A DNA stretch of 63,361 bases, the filler included, from Anaerolineae bacterium (GTDB taxonomy: Bacteria; Chloroflexota; Anaerolineae; Epilineales; Epilineaceae), in NCBI GenBank assembly GCA_029262755.1. It is 5 parts of 5 records of this genome, joined end to end, with 100 filler letters (N's around TTAATTAATTAA, not from the genome) between each part and the next. Parts side by side here need not be neighbours in the genome. Positions count along the whole stretch, not along the records: positions 54,997 to 63,361 come from JAJCYU010000188.1; 4 more parts are not named here. One strand, given 5' to 3'. A model generated the notes under the pieces. That model was not told the origin of the DNA and did not search any database. It saw only the letters and a program-made list of their open reading frames with translations. A program made the translations under genes and the position numbers. The stretch's first letter is position 1, and each line of letters begins with the position of its first letter. Shown here piece after piece: positions 59,275-63,361 of the stretch.

Positions 59275-61125
59275 TTAGTCCTCAAGCCAGACGCCGGCGA
59301 GGCGGGGCACCACGATGGGTGGGACGAAGAAGCCGTGCACGCGCTCCTTGACCAACCACGTGTCCACGCCTGTGTACAGCGGCACCCAAGGCGCAGCATC
59401 GAGGATTCGTGTCTCGGCCTCGCCGTAGATCCGCAGCCGCTCCGTCTCTTCAAGCTGGATGCGCGCGGCTTCGAGTAACGCGTCCGTTTCCGGATCATCG
59501 AAACCCGTTGCGTTGAGCGGGCTGCGCGAATGGAAGAGCACGTCCAGGAAGTCCTGCGGATCGGGGTAGTCGGCCGACCAGCCGAGGAACCAGGCGTCGT
59601 AGACGCCGTCGCTCACCTCACGTTGGAAGAGCTCCCACGGCGCCTGCTCCACCGTGATGTCGATCTCCAACGACTCCTCGATCGTGTCGATGACGGCCTG
59701 TACGGAGGGGCTCGCACCCGCACCGCCGCTCGCGTGGATCACGATCGGCGGTAGCCCGTCCTTGCCGCCGTAGCGAGAGCGCGCCAAGGCGGCGCGCGCG
59801 GCGGCCGGATTGAAACCGTAGGGGTCACGCGCGGCGTCGTGTCCCGGCATGCCGGGCGGCAGGATCGTGCCCATGGGCTCGACGGCGCCGAGCAGGGCGA
59901 TATCGGTGACCCTGCGCTTGTCGACCGCGAGGTTGAAGGCCTGTCGTAGCGCTGGGTCGTCGAAAGGCGGGCGGGTCGTGTTGAACCCGATGTAGGTCAC
60001 ACCCAGGTCACCCGGGCCGACCATCACTTCGAAGGACAAGGGGTTGAGGGGATCGCTGACCCGCGAGAGATCGAAGGCGCCCACGGGCGTCGCATCCAGC
60101 TCGTCGTTCTCGTAGCGTGTCACGGCGTTGAACGGCCCCAGATCGTATTCGACGGCGTCCAGAAACGCGACGTCCCCGTGGTAGCGCTCGTGCCGCTCGA
60201 GGCGCAGGCGTTCCTCGGGCTCGTAGACATCCACGCGGAACGGGCCCGTCCCGTTGGGGCGCAGCGCCCATCGGGGATCGGACTCGACCTGCAGCCGGTC
60301 CACGACGAACGAGGTCGGGTAGGTCAGCTTGGCAAGGAAGTAGGCCTTTGGCGCGTCGATCGTCAGCTCGACCCGATCGACGCCGAGCGCGCGCACGCCC
60401 CGGACGGTGTCCGTGACGCCGGCCAGTTTGTCCGTGCATCCAACCACGTCGTCCAGGTAGGCGCCGGCAACGTCCGACGCCGTAGCAGGATCGCAGGCGC
60501 GCTCGATCGCGTAGCGCAGATCTTCGGCCACCACGGGCTCGCCGTCGTGGAATCGCGCGTCCGGACGCAACGTGAAGGTATAGACCCGACCGTCCTGCGA
60601 AACGTCCCACCGCGCGGCGAGGTCCGGCACGACCTCGAGCTCCGGCGACAGCGTGACGAGGCCGCTGTAGATCTCGTACATGTAGTCGGCCGAAACGATG
60701 TCCCGCACGCGCGCCGGATCGAGCGTGGTCGGGTTCCCGCCAGGCAGGCGCAGGGTTCCACCACGGCGCCCGCCTTCACGCGGCGCCTTGGCGACGCCAT
60801 CGGCCTGGTCGGAGCCCGCTGTGGTCGGGTCGCTTCCGCGAACGACGCCATCGTCGGAATCTGCCGCCTCCGGCTCTCCCCGATCGCGTGGCGCGTCGAC
60901 GACCTCCGGCCCTTCCGCATCTTCGACGGCCGAGAGGGCCAACCAGCGAACGGCGAGCCCACAGCCCGCGCAGAGACCGACGAAGAGCAGCGCGAAGCCG
61001 AGCCACATCAGGATCGACCGGCCGCGCCGTGGGGGAACGCGTCCGCCCGACCCGCCGTGGACCGCGTCCGAATCGGAGAGGAGGGGGGCCGGCACCGTGG
61101 ATTGAGGGGCCGCGCTCAGCGCCAC
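59275..61125 (-). CDS. Second family-5 ABC substrate-binding protein (TM-anchored)
   Basis: 'PTTLDP', 'YTFTLRPDARFHDG', 'GTGPF', 'PPFDD..LRQAF', 'WSADYPDP'. Confidence 0.88.
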   Translation of the reverse strand: MALSAAPQSTVPAPLLSDSDAVHGGSGGRVPPRRGRSILMWLGFALLFVGLCAGCGLAVRWLALSAVEDAEGPEVVDAPRDRGEPEAADSDDGVVRGSDPTTAGSDQADGVAKAPREGGRRGGTLRLPGGNPTTLDPARVRDIVSADYMYEIYSGLVTLSPELEVVPDLAARWDVSQDGRVYTFTLRPDARFHDGEPVVAEDLRYAIERACDPATASDVAGAYLDDVVGCTDKLAGVTDTVRGVRALGVDRVELTIDAPKAYFLAKLTYPTSFVVDRLQVESDPRWALRPNGTGPFRVDVYEPEERLRLERHERYHGDVAFLDAVEYDLGPFNAVTRYENDELDATPVGAFDLSRVSDPLNPLSFEVMVGPGDLGVTYIGFNTTRPPFDDPALRQAFNLAVDKRRVTDIALLGAVEPMGTILPPGMPGHDAARDPYGFNPAAARAALARSRYGGKDGLPPIVIHASGGAGASPSVQAVIDTIEESLEIDITVEQAPWELFQREVSDGVYDAWFLGWSADYPDPQDFLDVLFHSRSPLNATGFDDPETDALLEAARIQLEETERLRIYGEAETRILDAAPWVPLYTGVDTWLVKERVHGFFVPPIVVPRLAGVWLED

Positions 61126-61770
61126 CTAGAGCCGAACCTCGGACATCGGCTGACTTGTCGGCATACCCGGCAAGCTCGGACGCGGGCTTCGCTCGCCGCC
61201 GCACGCCGCTGCGCCGAGCAGCGGAACGGCGGAGCCCGCGGGACCGGCTGCCCCTTCGCGCACGTGGTAGATCTCGCACGCGGGCTCGAAGGGCCGCAGA
61301 TCGCCGGAAGAGCGCAACAAGCGCCACCAGGCGACGGCCGACGTTCCGGGCGGCAGCTTGCGATCCCATGCGTGTTCGCTAACGGTCGGCTGGAAGCGCG
61401 CCTCGCTCACCGGTAGGCCCGTCGCGTGCAACGGACGCAGGGATGGTCGATCCGAAAGTCCGGTTCCACCGGAGAGGATCACGCCGAAGCTCGTTGCGGA
61501 CACGGTGGTCAGCAACACGGCGACGGTTGCGGTGGCCGCAACCCGCATCAGCGATTCTGTAGACCGACCCAGACGGCCGGATAGAAACGCAACGAACGAC
61601 GCACCGAGCCGCGCGGATAACCGTGGTTCAGCGACCCCGGATTCACGTGCGATGCGCTCCCAGACGGCATCGGAGGGCCGAGCCGAGCGCAAGCCGTGTA
61701 GTCCCGCCCTGGTCGCCCGACCCAGGTTGTCGTCGTGCCATTGGTGGCGCGGACCGCGTCGCGTCGACAT
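61126..61770 (-). CDS. Putative anti-sigma factor (short cytoplasmic N-domain plus TM)
   Basis: TGATG-coupled to the ECF sigma; N-terminus HQWHDDNLGR...ARPSDAVWERI followed by a hydrophobic segment. Confidence 0.55.
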   Translation of the reverse strand: MSTRRGPRHQWHDDNLGRATRAGLHGLRSARPSDAVWERIARESGVAEPRLSARLGASFVAFLSGRLGRSTESLMRVAATATVAVLLTTVSATSFGVILSGGTGLSDRPSLRPLHATGLPVSEARFQPTVSEHAWDRKLPPGTSAVAWWRLLRSSGDLRPFEPACEIYHVREGAAGPAGSAVPLLGAAACGGERSPRPSLPGMPTSQPMSEVRL

Positions 61771-62393
61771 CAGCCGACCAACTCCCGGATGCCGACGCCG
61801 CCGGCAAGGCGCGGCTCCTGGGCCAATTGCGCGCGCAATCGCGCCCGACCGTAATACAGGCGCGATTTCACGGTTCCCGCCGGCACCTCGAGGGTGGCGG
61901 CGATCTCGTCCAGATCCATGTCATGCAGATAGAACAACACGATGACGATCCGTTGTTTGAAGGGCAGTGCGTCCACGGCGTTGTTGATCAGCCGTCCCAC
62001 CTCGCCCTGTTCGAAGCGCCGCTCCGGGCTGAGTGCTCGCAACGGAGGGCGCGCATTGTCTTCTCGCCCTTCGCGGGCATTGCGGCGCGCGGTCCAGTCG
62101 TAGACCAACCGAATCAAGATGCGATGCAGCCATGGACGCAGGCTGGCACCGGGTGCGAGCCGGAGACGTCCGATATGCCGGAACGCCCGCAAAAAGGCTT
62201 CTTGTAGGACGTCCTCGGCAACCGCGCGGCGCCGGGTCATGGCCAGAGCCGTCCGGAAGAGGGGGGCATGATACCGTTGATACAAGATCTCGAATGCCGC
62301 GCCGTCGCCTTGCGCGACGCGGGCGGCCAGGGTTGCATCATCGGGCGGTGGCCGGCCGTTCGATCGTTCGTCTCGTGTGGAATGGTTGATCAT
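61770..62393 (-). CDS. ECF-type RNA polymerase sigma factor
   Basis: Region 2 'AEDVLQEAFLRAF...LRPWLHRI'; region 4 'ALP..QR..IVLFY......EIA.TL.VP.GTVKSRL'; GGAG RBS before MINH. Confidence 0.92.
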   Translation of the reverse strand: MINHSTRDERSNGRPPPDDATLAARVAQGDGAAFEILYQRYHAPLFRTALAMTRRRAVAEDVLQEAFLRAFRHIGRLRLAPGASLRPWLHRILIRLVYDWTARRNAREGREDNARPPLRALSPERRFEQGEVGRLINNAVDALPFKQRIVIVLFYLHDMDLDEIAATLEVPAGTVKSRLYYGRARLRAQLAQEPRLAGGVGIRELVG

Positions 62394-62490
62394 GCGCGCT
62401 TCACGCTCCTCCGGGCAGAGGGCGGACAGTGTAGCCGAGGCCGCGTACGCACCGCAAGAGGTTTGGCGCCGAAATTTGACGCCCGAGTAT

Positions 62491-62748
62491 CTAGAGGGCG
62501 ACCCACCATAGGGCCAGCCGCCCGCGGCGCCAGGCGTGTTCGTCGGCGACACCGATGCTGACGACGGAGGGTGCGAACACGCGCGTCGCGATGTCGTTCG
62601 CCCGCAGCATCACGGGCGATCGGTCCTGTCGCACGGCCCCCATCACCCGCCGTCGAACGCTACGCGAAGGGCGCGCTTTGCGAACCCCCGACAGCGTCCA
62701 CCGCACCAGCCGTCCGAGTCGATCCTCGTGCCATTCATGACAAGGCAT
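62491..62748 (-). CDS. Small putative anti-sigma-like protein, paralogue of 61126-61770
   Basis: Overlaps the upstream sigma stop; HEWHEDRLGR...ARPSRSVRRRV aligns with HQWHDDNLGR...ARPSDAVWERI. Confidence 0.5.
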   Translation of the reverse strand: MPCHEWHEDRLGRLVRWTLSGVRKARPSRSVRRRVMGAVRQDRSPVMLRANDIATRVFAPSVVSIGVADEHAWRRGRLALWWVAL

Positions 62749-63361
62749 GTCGCACCACCTCCGCTACCGGGATTTCGGTCGTGATTCGCGAGTCGGCCCC
62801 GAGCGCCTCGCGCAGACGCGCCCGCGCATAGAACAAACGTGATTTGATCGTTCCAGCCGGCACGCCGAGGGTCTGCGCGATGGCCGATACGTCCATGTCA
62901 TGTAGGTAGAACAACACGACCACCGCGCGATGATTGTCGGGCAGCGCGGCGATCGACTCCGCGACGACGCGTGCTGCCTCGCGACGCTCCGCGTTGCGTT
63001 CGGGCGATGGCGCGCGGCAAGCGAGCCGGTCGATCACGGCCTCCAGCGGGCCGGAGACCGGACGTTTGCGGGCCGATCGATCGTAGACGAGGTTGATGAG
63101 GATGCGGTGCAACCAGGGGCGCAGGCTCGCCCCTTCGTCGAGCCGAACGCGCCCGATATGACGGTATGCGCGAAGGAAGGCTTCCTGCAGCAGTTCCTCC
63201 GCAACGGGACGCTTGCGGGTCATGGCCAACGCGGTTCGAAATAGCGGCCCATGGTGCCGATCGTAGAGGACCTCGAACGCGGCGCCATCGCCGGTGCGCA
63301 CACGCGCGACCAGGGTGGCGTCGTCGATGTCGGTGTCACGGGGCGCGCCTCGTTCGCCGCG
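62735..63361 (-). CDS. ECF-type RNA polymerase sigma factor, paralogue of 61770-62393; 5' end beyond the window
   Basis: The frame is open to the window edge (...DDATLVARVRTGDGAAFEVLY...); regions 2 and 4 are closely similar to the neighbouring sigma. Confidence 0.9.
   Translation of the reverse strand, partial: RGERGAPRDTDIDDATLVARVRTGDGAAFEVLYDRHHGPLFRTALAMTRKRPVAEELLQEAFLRAYRHIGRVRLDEGASLRPWLHRILINLVYDRSARKRPVSGPLEAVIDRLACRAPSPERNAERREAARVVAESIAALPDNHRAVVVLFYLHDMDVSAIAQTLGVPAGTIKSRLFYARARLREALGADSRITTEIPVAEVVRHALS

Overview
High-GC bacterial DNA (roughly 65-70% GC by eye) made of five assembly contigs joined by artificial 100-bp N/TTAATTAATTAA/N spacers (17808-17907, 28744-28843, 49235-49334, 54897-54996), so no linkage can be inferred across spacers. 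The gene content suggests a Chloroflexota (Anaerolineae/Caldilineae/Ardenticatenia-like) MAG; this is inferred from the many Pro/Thr-rich secreted proteins ending in an 'I/L-Y/H-L-P' motif and a TIR_2 gene. Housekeeping genes: a 2-oxoacid dehydrogenase E1 (partial), clpC, recD2, tag, a GH3 enzyme (partial), an Opp/Dpp ABC transporter, and two tandem ECF sigma/putative anti-sigma pairs. Much of the window encodes extracellular proteins. Most notable: (1) a translationally coupled ArsR - K+ channel/RCK/RyR - SLOG/2xSLATT operon with a divergent TIR gene, a candidate nucleotide-signal-gated ion-channel defence or signalling system; (2) five paralogous secreted proteins sharing an unrecognised Ig-like domain; (3) a recurrent 'xx[ILV][YHF][LIM]P' motif in about nine secreted proteins, resembling strands in the conserved core of two tandem putative surface-layer proteins; (4) a 21-bp direct-repeat motif present twice around a SARP/BTAD regulator; (5) a DnaA-box-like plus NrdR-box-like cluster in a divergent promoter. 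No rRNA, tRNA, CRISPR array or intact transposase was seen.
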